A stretch of DNA of 32,000 bases from contig NZ_CP011304.1 in assembly GCF_000981785.2 (NCBI RefSeq), positions 3,450,001 through 3,482,000 on the forward strand, given 5' to 3'. Below are positions 17,231 to 24,936 of this stretch, one piece after another; the stretch's first letter is position 1; each line of letters opens with the position of its first letter. Below the pieces are notes generated by a model. It was not told the origin of the DNA, did no database searches, and saw only the letters and a program-made list of their open reading frames with translations. Source of the DNA: Microcystis aeruginosa NIES-2549. GTDB taxonomy: Bacteria > Cyanobacteriota > Cyanobacteriia > Cyanobacteriales > Microcystaceae. The translations under genes and the position numbers were made by a program.

Positions 17231-17882
17231 TTCATAGCTTAATTCAGCAACGCCGAATCGAGTACATCTAGAACCAGAGAGATAAAATCCTCTCGGATCA
17301 GCGATTGCATAGCTGGCTCTAGAATTGTCTGGGGTTGTCTCCAGAAAAGCTCAAAAATATATCTTAAATGAGAGCGGAATCGTCTCAGGACAGTCGGCTC
17401 TGGTTGAATTGCCAGGGTTGAATCCGTAATTAAAGATGCTACCCCGAGCCGATCGGTTTGTTCGGCCTGGGAAAACAGAGAATCGTTATCGATAGTAACC
17501 AGAGCGAGGGGCAAGTTTCCCGATCGAAGCATATCGATCCCCCTGGAACTTTTCTGCAAGAGAGCGGAATTCGACGATAAAGAATACCCGTGCCACTTGA
17601 AGACTCGGGGTGTAGACAAGGGTATCCCGACGGTGATTGTCCCGGGAGGAGAATCCCCTTGAGAACGAATTCCTCGATTGTAAATTGGTCGGGCGAATTG
17701 TATGCCCCCGACTTGAGCTACGAACAGTTCCCCCTCGAAAGTTCCCGCCTCGATCGGTCGATGAACCATGTCCCAACGAAAAGCTCTCATCCGCGACCCT
17801 AGTTCATCGATATCGTGAAAAGTAATAGTCTCGATCAGGGGCTGTAAATTGATATTCATTTTGTCTGATTTGGGATAGCAGA

Positions 17883-17920
17883 ATTATTAAAAATTATTAA
17901 GTATTATTAAGAGTTATTCT
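17883..17920. promoter_or_regulatory. Four 10-bp-phased direct repeats (ATTATTAA x3, GTTATTCT) upstream of the AraC gene start
   Basis: ATTATTAA occurs at 17883, 17893 and 17903, and GTTATTCT at 17913, exactly one helical turn apart. The block lies 24-61 bp upstream of the ATG at 17859. Confidence 0.3.
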
Positions 17921-18289
17921 CTTGTAAATATGCAGGATACCTCACTAATCTTAATTGTAGAGTTTTTTGGCTTTTATGGGTTAATAACGTCAGACTCTGA
18001 CTTTTTTCCTTGATTGAAACAAATAGGGGTTTCTGGTTATCTGCAATATTTTTTAAAATTTATGGTCAATTCTTAATAAAAAAATTACCGAAAAGTTCTA
18101 TCTATAAGTCTAAGTTTGCCATTTTTTGATAGCGATCGCTCTTGCCAAGCGTCTATAATAGTCTTCTAGAGGCTAATAGATAGAAACTCGCTGTTTATTC
18201 AAGCCAGAAAATTTATAAAGAAGATAGGAGATAAATACCCTTAAAATTAATTAGCAGGAGGAAATATTACCAATTAAAGGTTCGCTGCT

Positions 18290-18952
18290 ATGAAATTTCG
18301 TCAATTGATGCGGGCAACAGAAAATAAATACAATCGGCTGCTGGCAAATCTAGTCTTGCTCTACATTATTTACCCGTTTTTAGTATATCTACCCCTGGGA
18401 GATTTGCTAGTTTTCTTTTTCTTCTCCCTCTCCCTGATCATCGCCGTCTATCAGATCGATCGCAGTAAATTGGCTTTAAGATGTAATATCGGTCTGTTTC
18501 TAATTGCCCTCATCCTGCGAGTATTCGGCAGGATTATCCCTATTTATAGGGATTTAACCGGTTGGTTCGATCTGTCTAGTACATTAATTTCTCTAGCTTT
18601 TATTAGTTTATGCGTGTACTCGATTTTACGAGAATTAATTCTCGCCGAACAGGTAACATCCGATATCATCAAAGGGGGAATTTGTGTCTATTTTCTCCTA
18701 GGATTTTTCTGGGCATCCGCTTATAGTATCGTCCAGATTTTTGAACCCGATTCCTTTAGCTCCGCCGCTAAAACCGTCAACCAGGCGGATCTACTTCATT
18801 TCAGCTTTACTACCCTGGCCACGGTTGGCTACGGTGATATAGTTCCTACCAGTAAAGTCGCTAGAGTTTTGGCCAATTTAGAAGGAATGACTGGAGTTCT
18901 CTATCCCGCCGTTTTTATCGCTCGTTTAGTCAGTTTACACAATGGTCGTTAA
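18290..18952 (+). CDS. Potassium channel protein (Ion_trans_2-type pore domain)
   Basis: The TLATVGYGD selectivity-filter signature lies between two hydrophobic helices. Several further N-terminal TM segments are present. The protein is 220 aa. Confidence 0.75.
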   Translation: MKFRQLMRATENKYNRLLANLVLLYIIYPFLVYLPLGDLLVFFFFSLSLIIAVYQIDRSKLALRCNIGLFLIALILRVFGRIIPIYRDLTGWFDLSSTLISLAFISLCVYSILRELILAEQVTSDIIKGGICVYFLLGFFWASAYSIVQIFEPDSFSSAAKTVNQADLLHFSFTTLATVGYGDIVPTSKVARVLANLEGMTGVLYPAVFIARLVSLHNGR

Positions 18953-18985
18953 CCAAAACAATCCATCGCCTTGGGGGAATATTAG

Positions 18986-19762
18986 ATGATTATGCCTCGC
19001 TTCATGCCGATTCTTTCTTTACTTTTGCCTTGGGTCACTGCCGCAGGAGTCTTGGCGGAAATACCGACTCTATCCCAGGAAATCCGCCCAAAAACGGCGG
19101 AACAGGTGATCGAGCAACTCTGTGCTAATTTAACCAAACAGCGATCGTTCACCGTCAATATGGATGTCACCTATGACGATATACTCGACTCCGGGGCGAA
19201 AGTTCAGTACAGTGCCTATCAAAACATCTGGGTAGAGAAACCCGATCGCCTGCGCTCGGACTACACTGGGGATGAACGAGTTACCCGCTTTTTTTACGAC
19301 GGTAAAACCTTCACCCTCGCGGATCTGGAACGGGATCTATACGTCACCAAACCGGCTCCGAATACTCTAGATGAAGCCTTAGACCAAGTAGAGCAAAGGT
19401 ACGGAATCACCATTCCCATGTCAAATCTAGCAGCCAACGATCCCTGTGCAGATCTAATGGCTGATGTCAGACAAATTATTTTTATCGGCAACAACATGGT
19501 CAACGCCGAACAAATGTATCATCTGCTGCTGATCGGTAGCGATCGCGATTATCAAATCTGGGTTACGCAGGATGCCACCCCCCTACTGAGGAAAGCGATT
19601 ATCACCTATAAAACTCTACCCGGTTCACCCCAGTACACGGCAATATTATCCGACTGGAATTTTAATCCCAGCACACCCGCCGATACTTTCACTTTCCAAC
19701 CAGGATCAGAGTCGATCCCTATCGAACTTCTACCCCCTAGGAATAATCAATCCCAGCCATAA
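18986..19762 (+). CDS. Exported LolA-fold-like protein (DUF2092-like)
   Basis: A signal peptide is present (MPRFMPILSLLLPWVTAAGVLA). The overall pattern resembles DUF2092 periplasmic proteins from memory only. It starts 33 nt after the channel gene. Confidence 0.5.
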   Translation: MIMPRFMPILSLLLPWVTAAGVLAEIPTLSQEIRPKTAEQVIEQLCANLTKQRSFTVNMDVTYDDILDSGAKVQYSAYQNIWVEKPDRLRSDYTGDERVTRFFYDGKTFTLADLERDLYVTKPAPNTLDEALDQVEQRYGITIPMSNLAANDPCADLMADVRQIIFIGNNMVNAEQMYHLLLIGSDRDYQIWVTQDATPLLRKAIITYKTLPGSPQYTAILSDWNFNPSTPADTFTFQPGSESIPIELLPPRNNQSQP

Positions 19763-19853
19763 AGCCCGTTCATAAAACGCGATCGCTTGTCGGTATTCCC
19801 CTAAATCAGCGTTTTGATATACTTTAAATATCTAACGAATTCGAGGTGGGATC

Positions 19854-20096
19854 ATGAAGTCGCAGATTGGACGCTGGGGTAATTCTTTAGCGATTCGGAT
19901 TCCTAAGTATGCGGTGGAGGCGCTGAACCTCAATCCTAAGGACGTTGTTGAATGTTCTGTGGAAAACGGAAAGCTAGTAATTGAGCTAATTCAAGCCTTG
20001 CCTGAGTTAAGCCTAGAAGAACTACTGGCTGAGGTTGTTGAATCACCGGAGCCGGAAGTGGATTGGGGACGGCCAATGGGAGAGGAGGTTTGGTGA
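19854..20096 (+). CDS. mazE: MazE/AbrB-family antitoxin
   Basis: IGRWGNSLAIRIPKYAVEALNL is the SpoVT/AbrB looped-hinge-helix motif. The protein is 80 aa with an acidic C-terminus. Confidence 0.8.
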   Translation: MKSQIGRWGNSLAIRIPKYAVEALNLNPKDVVECSVENGKLVIELIQALPELSLEELLAEVVESPEPEVDWGRPMGEEVW

Positions 20097-20425
20097 CATA
20101 CATTCCAGAACGTGGAGATTTCGTGCGTTTGAGCTTTGACCCACAAATTGGGCATGAGCAAATGGGTAATCGTCCAGCACTGGTGGTAAGCCCTATTGAT
20201 TTTAATCGCAAGATTGGTTTTGCCTTTGTCTGCCCGGTGAGCAATACGCAACGCCAGAACCCTTTCTACGTCAAGATTCCAGATGGAGAGGCGGTGACAG
20301 GAGTTATCATGGTAGATCAACTGCGATCGTTGGACTTCCGAGCGAGAAAAGCGAGCTTTATCGGCAAGTGTCCAGAACGGTTGCTCCAGGATGTTTTCAG
20401 AAGAATTAAGCCGATTCTGTTCTGA
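20093..20425 (+). CDS. mazF: MazF/PemK-family endoribonuclease toxin
   Basis: VTYIPERGDFVRLSFDPQIGHEQMGNRPALVVSP...VIMVDQLRSLDFRAR is a typical PemK pattern. The GTG start overlaps the mazE stop (GTGA), and a GAGGAGG RBS lies at 20082-20088. The listed ATG at 20063 is probably too far upstream. Confidence 0.85.
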   Translation: MTYIPERGDFVRLSFDPQIGHEQMGNRPALVVSPIDFNRKIGFAFVCPVSNTQRQNPFYVKIPDGEAVTGVIMVDQLRSLDFRARKASFIGKCPERLLQDVFRRIKPILF

Positions 20426-20488
20426 TCGGGACATTCTCAAAAGCCTTACACATCCATTGTAGCTATCCCTCTCGCTCTTTACTCAAAA

Positions 20489-20649
20489 TTAAGTAGCTGG
20501 TTATAATTAAATTAAAAATGGATTTTAGGTTCGATCCCCCCTTAGTCCTAGAGTTGATTCATAGTAGGGTTGATTCATGAATCAACCCTACCCTTAGTCC
20601 CCCCTTGATTAGGGTGGTGTCTGATAATTTTTAACGCCTACCTACTTAT
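20489..20649 (-). mobile_element. MITE-like element, copy B (diverged member of the TTAAGTAGGTAG family)
   Basis: The termini are TTAAGTAGCTGG... and ...CCTACCTACTTA. The subterminal TTATAATTAAATTAAAAAT..GATTTT block is shared with copies A and C. A 28-bp perfect palindrome at 20564-20591 is shared with copy C. Confidence 0.6.
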
Positions 20650-20760
20650 CGAAGATGTTCCCGCCAGAGTGTGTCTAGAAACAGGAGAGCGTTTTTTTGC
20701 ACCAGAAACCGTCGAACGCTTGCAGAAAATAATCTGGGAAGATAAGCAGCCAAGGCGAAT
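20648..20760 (+). pseudogene. Possible 5'-truncated relic of a YgiT/MqsA-type zinc-finger (antitoxin-like) gene
   Basis: The frame opens exactly at the MITE B boundary. It reads IEDVPARVCLETGERFFAPETVERLQKIIWEDKQP, resembling the C-terminal vP..vC..CGE.f...t...l..i pattern of YgiT-type zinc-finger proteins. No start codon or N-terminal CxxC is present. Confidence 0.3.
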
Positions 20761-20783
20761 AAAAAAATCAAGGAGTCCGGGCC

Positions 20784-21677
20784 ATGAAAAGATCTTTATG
20801 TCAAAACTTATGTGTTCTTGCCGCCCTCCTCTTGGGTACAAGTTTACTGGTAACGGATTATGTGGACGCTCGCGGTGGCGGTGGTGGCGGTAGTCGTGGC
20901 GGTGGTGGCGGTAGTCGTGGCGGTGGTGGAGCTTCCCCACGGGTTAACCGCAGTAGTGATCTGCAAAACCGAGGTAATTTTAGTAATCGTTCCCAACCCT
21001 CTAGAGATTTTTCTGGAAGACAGGGAGAACGGCAAACCAGTCAACAAACCCGTCAAGGGGAACGCACGGAAAGACAGGGTGAACGGCAAACCAGTCAACA
21101 AACCCGTCAAGGGGAACGCACGGAAAGACAGGGTGAACGGCAAACCAGTCAACAAACCCGCCAAGGGGAACGCACGGAAAGACAGGGTGAACGGCAGGGG
21201 GAACGCAGCGAAAGAACCGATATCCGTCAAGGGGAACGCAGCGAAAGACAGGGTGAACGGCAGCAGCAGGTTAGCGATCGCCAACAGAACCGTCAGAACT
21301 TTATTGACGATAATCGCAACGGTTACTGGCGTGGTGGCGGTTGGTACGGTGGCGGTTATTACGTCCCCCCGGGTTGGGGTTGGGTGGGGTTAACCACTGG
21401 CCTAGTCATCGGTTCAGCGATCGCCACTCTCCCCCCCTACTACAATACCGTCTATGTGGGTTCCACTTCCTACATTTACTCGGACGGCATCTATCTTCAG
21501 CCTAGCGGTAGTTCCTACACGGTGGTGGCCCCTCCCATCGGCGCGATTGTCACCTATCTTCCCGACGGCTGCACCACAATCACGGCTGACAATACACTTT
21601 ATTACAATTGTAGCGGTATCTACTATCAGCCCCTGTTTGAGAATGGTTCCACGGTTTATCAGGTGGTTCGCTTCTAA
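20784..21677 (+). CDS. Secreted/membrane repeat protein (RGG-rich segment, QGER 18-aa tandem repeats, Tyr/Gly-rich C-terminal domain)
   Basis: An AAGGAG RBS lies 8 nt upstream. The signal peptide is MKRSLCQNLCVLAALLLGTSLLV. The RGGGGGGSRGGGGGSRGGGG segment follows, then three exact RQGERQTSQQTRQGERTE units plus degenerate ones. A hydrophobic segment WGWVGLTTGLVIGSAIATL follows, then a beta-rich Y/G/V C-terminal domain. Confidence 0.7.
   Translation: MKRSLCQNLCVLAALLLGTSLLVTDYVDARGGGGGGSRGGGGGSRGGGGASPRVNRSSDLQNRGNFSNRSQPSRDFSGRQGERQTSQQTRQGERTERQGERQTSQQTRQGERTERQGERQTSQQTRQGERTERQGERQGERSERTDIRQGERSERQGERQQQVSDRQQNRQNFIDDNRNGYWRGGGWYGGGYYVPPGWGWVGLTTGLVIGSAIATLPPYYNTVYVGSTSYIYSDGIYLQPSGSSYTVVAPPIGAIVTYLPDGCTTITADNTLYYNCSGIYYQPLFENGSTVYQVVRF
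21021..21182 (+). repeat. 54-bp tandem repeat x3 (near-perfect), degenerating to ~21265
   Basis: Units start at 21021, 21075 and 21129, with a partial fourth at 21183. The repeats are in frame within the CDS. Confidence 0.9.
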
Positions 21678-24600
21678 TCGGTTTCTTCTTCATCAATAAT
21701 TGCCGATCGATCTAATAATAATAAATCTCGCAGGCGATCGGTATCTAATTCTGTTAACCAATTTTCCCCAGCATCTACGGTTTGTTCCGCTAATTGTTTC
21801 TTGCTTTCGATCATCTCATTAATGCGTTCCTCTAGGGTTCCCGTACAGATGAATTTATGTACCTGAACATTGCGTTTTTGTCCGATGCGGAAAGCGCGAT
21901 CGGTGGCCTGGTTTTCTACGGCCGGATTCCACCAGCGGTCGATATGAAAAACGTGATTAGCGCGGGTTAAATTTAATCCTGTTCCCCCCGCTTTGAGGGA
22001 GAGAATAAAAATCTTCGGTCCTTGGGGATCATTTTGAAAGCGCTCGATCATTTCTACCCGATCTTTTGTTTTGGTAGAACCGGAGAGAAATAATATTTCC
22101 TCGGTTAATTTTTTCTGAAGATGGGTTTGTAGGAGTTTTCCCCACTCGGCAAATTGTGTAAAAATTAAAGCTCGATCGCCTTCTGCTATCACTTCCTCTA
22201 CCATGGCTTCTAAGCGTAATAATTTCCCCGATCTTTGACTGGTTTCTAAACTATTTTCTTTCAAAAAATGGGCGGGATGATTACAAATTTGTTTTAGTTG
22301 CATTAGCAAGGTTAAAATTAATCCATGTTTCTGAATTCCCTGAGTTTCTTCAATTTTCTGGAGCGTTGTCTCGACTAATTGTTGATAAAGTTGTCCCTGT
22401 TCTTTCGATAAACCACAAAAAATATTCATTTCCTGTTTTTCTGGTAAATCTTCAATAATATTTTTATCGGTTTTTAATCTCCGTAAAATAAAAGGACGGA
22501 CGAGGGAACGCAAATTATGCAGGGATTCTTGATCGCCGTATTTTTCAATAGGAAGGGCAAAACGACGCTGGAAAAATGTTTGAGTTCCTAAAAAATTGGG
22601 ATTGAGAAAATCCAAAATTGACCACAATTCCGTCAGGCGATTTTCTACGGGAGTTCCCGTTAAGGCAATGCGAAATCCTGCGGGTATTTTTCGCACTGCT
22701 TGGGATTGTTTAGCCGTAGAGTTTTTAATATTTTGAGCCTCATCTAAAACTAAACCTTGCCATTGTACTGCTTCCAAAGTGGACAGATCGCGATAGATTA
22801 AAGGATAACTGGTAATAACAACCGATTTATTTTTTACCTCTTGAGCAAAAGCTTGACCTTTTAATCTTTTTTCGCCATGATGCACAAAAACCGCCAGGGT
22901 GGGAGCAAATTTTCTTAACTCATGTTCCCAGTTATTAACCACAGAAGTGGGAGCCACCACTAACACGGGATTAACTAACATATCCTCTTCTTTTAATGCT
23001 AGTAAAAAAGCGATTAATTGCGGGGTTTTTCCTAAACCCATATCATCGGCTAAACAAGCACCTAAACCCCACTTTTCTAGGAAAGCTAACCAACTAACCC
23101 CCTTGATTTGATAGGGACGTAATTCCCCCCGAAACTCCCGGGGTGGGTTGATTAATTGAATCCCTTGATTGTTGTTTAAATTATCAATTAATTCCTTTAA
23201 TGATCCCTCCGCTTGGAAATTGACTACCGGCAGTTTAGCAATTAGATTATTATCTCCTGAACTCAAGCGCAGGGCATCCTCCACCGAGAGATTCAGGGGA
23301 GCGATGGTATTATTTAAAATTGCCTGAGCTGCTTTGACATCCGTAGGCTGTAGGATTAACCATTTGCCCTCCACTTCCACCACTGGCGATTTTTTCTCTA
23401 ATAACTTATCAAAATCTTTTTTCGATATTTCCTGTTCCCCTACCACTAATTTAAGCTGAAAGTTTAACAAACTGGTTAAACTTAATCTTTCTCCTTTTTT
23501 GGGAGTTACACTGGCAGCAATCTTAATTCCTAATCTTTGTTCATTACTACCAGCAGTTAAACCCGTTGGCAAAATTACCCCTAATCCCTGATCTTGCAAT
23601 TGCCAAGCGATCGAGCGAATAAACTGATAAACTTCGATCGAATCAAGAGAACATTCCTCTGGGTGTCTCTGCTCTAAACTAATTCTAATCGGTTCGTACA
23701 ATCGCGCCGCTAGTCCCAATCCTTTTAAGAGAATTTCCTGGGGATTATTGACAACTCTTTGATAACTATGATAACTTTCTTTGCCCTCTAACCAAATCAA
23801 CTTGGCACTAATGAGAAAGTCGGGATCATCTAACGCTTGTAAATAATAGCTGAGTTTCCATACTGTTCCTAAACTGGGAGGTTGTAAGGATAGACAGACA
23901 CGGTATTGATTCTCGATTAATTGGCGATTATTGCCATTAACTAAACTTTCTTGGATAGGAAACACCCAGTTATGATAAGCATTTTCTAGACGCTGTAAAT
24001 TCTTGGCTTCTAAGGCAATGTCATGATGATCACCGCTTAAAGATTGTAGCCAAGGTTTCACCATCAATGAGGGGGAAATATTAACAGTACTATCTATCTT
24101 TTGTCGCAAACGAGCATCGACAATATTTTTTAAGCAATCGAGAATAATTGTTTGTGGTTCGCTATTTTCTTGATAGGCAAGACAGACCGGGGGGATGGTT
24201 TGGATAAACTTAGCTAAACGAGTGCGATCGATGGTACTATCCAGCAGGGGATACCAGCAACTTTCACCCTGATTTATTCCCGCTAAAAATTTCCCTCTTG
24301 CTAATAAATCTAAACTCCAACGGTGCAAATATAGCCAAAATCGTAGATCATTGCCGATAAATTCGGCCTTAGCTAGGGGCAATTTCTCCCATAACCGCAC
24401 TATCATCCCCGCAGAAAAAGTTAATCCTGATATCTGCCATGGTTGCCAAGACAAGGATTTAGGTATAGGTTCGAGAATTTGCCCCGACAGCAGCGGTAAA
24501 AAATATTTTTTCCTAGGGGGGGAATAACTAGGCAGACTGAGCTTGATTGATTCTGGAGAATAGCAGTCAAGCTGAGGAGAAAATTTCTCGATAAATTGGG

Positions 24601-24736
24601 CTAATGCCCCGGATTCTAGACAAAAAGGATGATTTTCCTTTGTTTCACTTAATTCTTTCCCTTGCCACTGTTCACCCCAAAGAAAAAAAACACTATCTTG
24701 CGAACGAATCAGCCAATTACCGTGTAGAGTAGTCAT
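21674..24736 (-). CDS. SNF2-family helicase (RapA/HepA-like) with a large N-terminal SNF2-associated region
   Basis: Helicase motifs are present: LADDMGLGKT (I), LVLDEAQNIKN (II), ALTGTPVEN (III) and C-terminal GGTGLNLTRANHVFHIDRWWNPAVENQATDRAFRIGQ (V/VI). The start is placed at MTTLHGNWL (24736), matching the conserved N-terminus of cyanobacterial homologues as I recall them. The ORF stays open to 24862. Confidence 0.85.
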   Translation of the reverse strand: MTTLHGNWLIRSQDSVFFLWGEQWQGKELSETKENHPFCLESGALAQFIEKFSPQLDCYSPESIKLSLPSYSPPRKKYFLPLLSGQILEPIPKSLSWQPWQISGLTFSAGMIVRLWEKLPLAKAEFIGNDLRFWLYLHRWSLDLLARGKFLAGINQGESCWYPLLDSTIDRTRLAKFIQTIPPVCLAYQENSEPQTIILDCLKNIVDARLRQKIDSTVNISPSLMVKPWLQSLSGDHHDIALEAKNLQRLENAYHNWVFPIQESLVNGNNRQLIENQYRVCLSLQPPSLGTVWKLSYYLQALDDPDFLISAKLIWLEGKESYHSYQRVVNNPQEILLKGLGLAARLYEPIRISLEQRHPEECSLDSIEVYQFIRSIAWQLQDQGLGVILPTGLTAGSNEQRLGIKIAASVTPKKGERLSLTSLLNFQLKLVVGEQEISKKDFDKLLEKKSPVVEVEGKWLILQPTDVKAAQAILNNTIAPLNLSVEDALRLSSGDNNLIAKLPVVNFQAEGSLKELIDNLNNNQGIQLINPPREFRGELRPYQIKGVSWLAFLEKWGLGACLADDMGLGKTPQLIAFLLALKEEDMLVNPVLVVAPTSVVNNWEHELRKFAPTLAVFVHHGEKRLKGQAFAQEVKNKSVVITSYPLIYRDLSTLEAVQWQGLVLDEAQNIKNSTAKQSQAVRKIPAGFRIALTGTPVENRLTELWSILDFLNPNFLGTQTFFQRRFALPIEKYGDQESLHNLRSLVRPFILRRLKTDKNIIEDLPEKQEMNIFCGLSKEQGQLYQQLVETTLQKIEETQGIQKHGLILTLLMQLKQICNHPAHFLKENSLETSQRSGKLLRLEAMVEEVIAEGDRALIFTQFAEWGKLLQTHLQKKLTEEILFLSGSTKTKDRVEMIERFQNDPQGPKIFILSLKAGGTGLNLTRANHVFHIDRWWNPAVENQATDRAFRIGQKRNVQVHKFICTGTLEERINEMIESKKQLAEQTVDAGENWLTELDTDRLRDLLLLDRSAIIDEEETD

Positions 24737-24936
24737 TATAAAATAGGGAAATTCCTCTAAAAAACTTGCTGTTGAAAAGGTAACAAATCTCGATTTTGTC
24801 GCTTCTTCTGACCTTAAGAGCCTCTCATCTTCTATTTTAGTTGACAAGGGCTGATTTCTCAAGCAGAATCTAGTTAAGCGATTAGCCCCGATCGAATGGT
24901 TATTATCAATAATAATAAATAGAGTTATTTTAAACT

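Larger units (their letters stand above)
16498..17254 (+). mobile_element. IS1-family insertion sequence (757 bp)
   Basis: The imperfect terminal inverted repeats begin GGCGTTGC (about 20/25 matches). An 8-bp direct target duplication GAATCGAG lies at 16490-16497 and 17255-17262. Two overlapping ORFs are offset by -1 with an A8 slippery run. Confidence 0.85.
16126..17859 (-). pseudogene. AraC-family transcriptional regulator interrupted by an IS1-family insertion
   Basis: The N-terminal 201 codons (17859-17255) end in ...LDVLDS and run into IS sequence. The C-terminal AraC HTH domain lies in the same phase at 16489-16126 (..[90 protein letters not shown]). Removing 16498-17262 restores a 969-nt, 322-aa ORF. 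Confidence 0.85.

Noticed and set aside
17930-18013. 27-codon ORF (MQDTSLILIVEFFGFYGLITSDSDFFP) followed by a small hairpin and T6 at about 17990-18008
   Set aside because: No RBS is present. The region is an AT-rich divergent promoter area where short ORFs arise by chance. The hairpin stem is only 5 bp.
19936-20440. Listed antisense ORFs 19936..20244 (-) and 19991..20440 (-)
   Set aside because: They are antisense to the well-supported mazE/mazF genes. They have no recognisable motifs or RBS.
20528-20541. tRNA-like T-arm sequence GGTTCGATCCCCCC
   Set aside because: No acceptor stem, D-arm or anticodon arm can be built around it. It is part of MITE copy B, and copies A and C differ at this position.
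20638-21393. Listed ORFs 20638..20940 (-), 20844..21284 (-), 20860..21393 (+) and 20669..20893 (+) as independent genes
   Set aside because: These are alternative frames or strands of the GGT/GGC tract and the 54-bp repeats of the 20784-21677 gene. They give periodic low-complexity peptides such as HRHDYRH or VAVV repeats. Only the 20784 frame has an RBS, a signal peptide and a non-repetitive C-terminal domain. The N-terminal part of 20669..20893 is discussed separately as a possible relic.
24737-24862. 42-codon N-terminal extension of the SNF2 helicase ORF
   Set aside because: The conserved helicase N-terminus (MTTLHGNWL...FFLWGE) starts at 24736. The upstream extension has no similarity I recognise. 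I keep it as an open question rather than part of the call.
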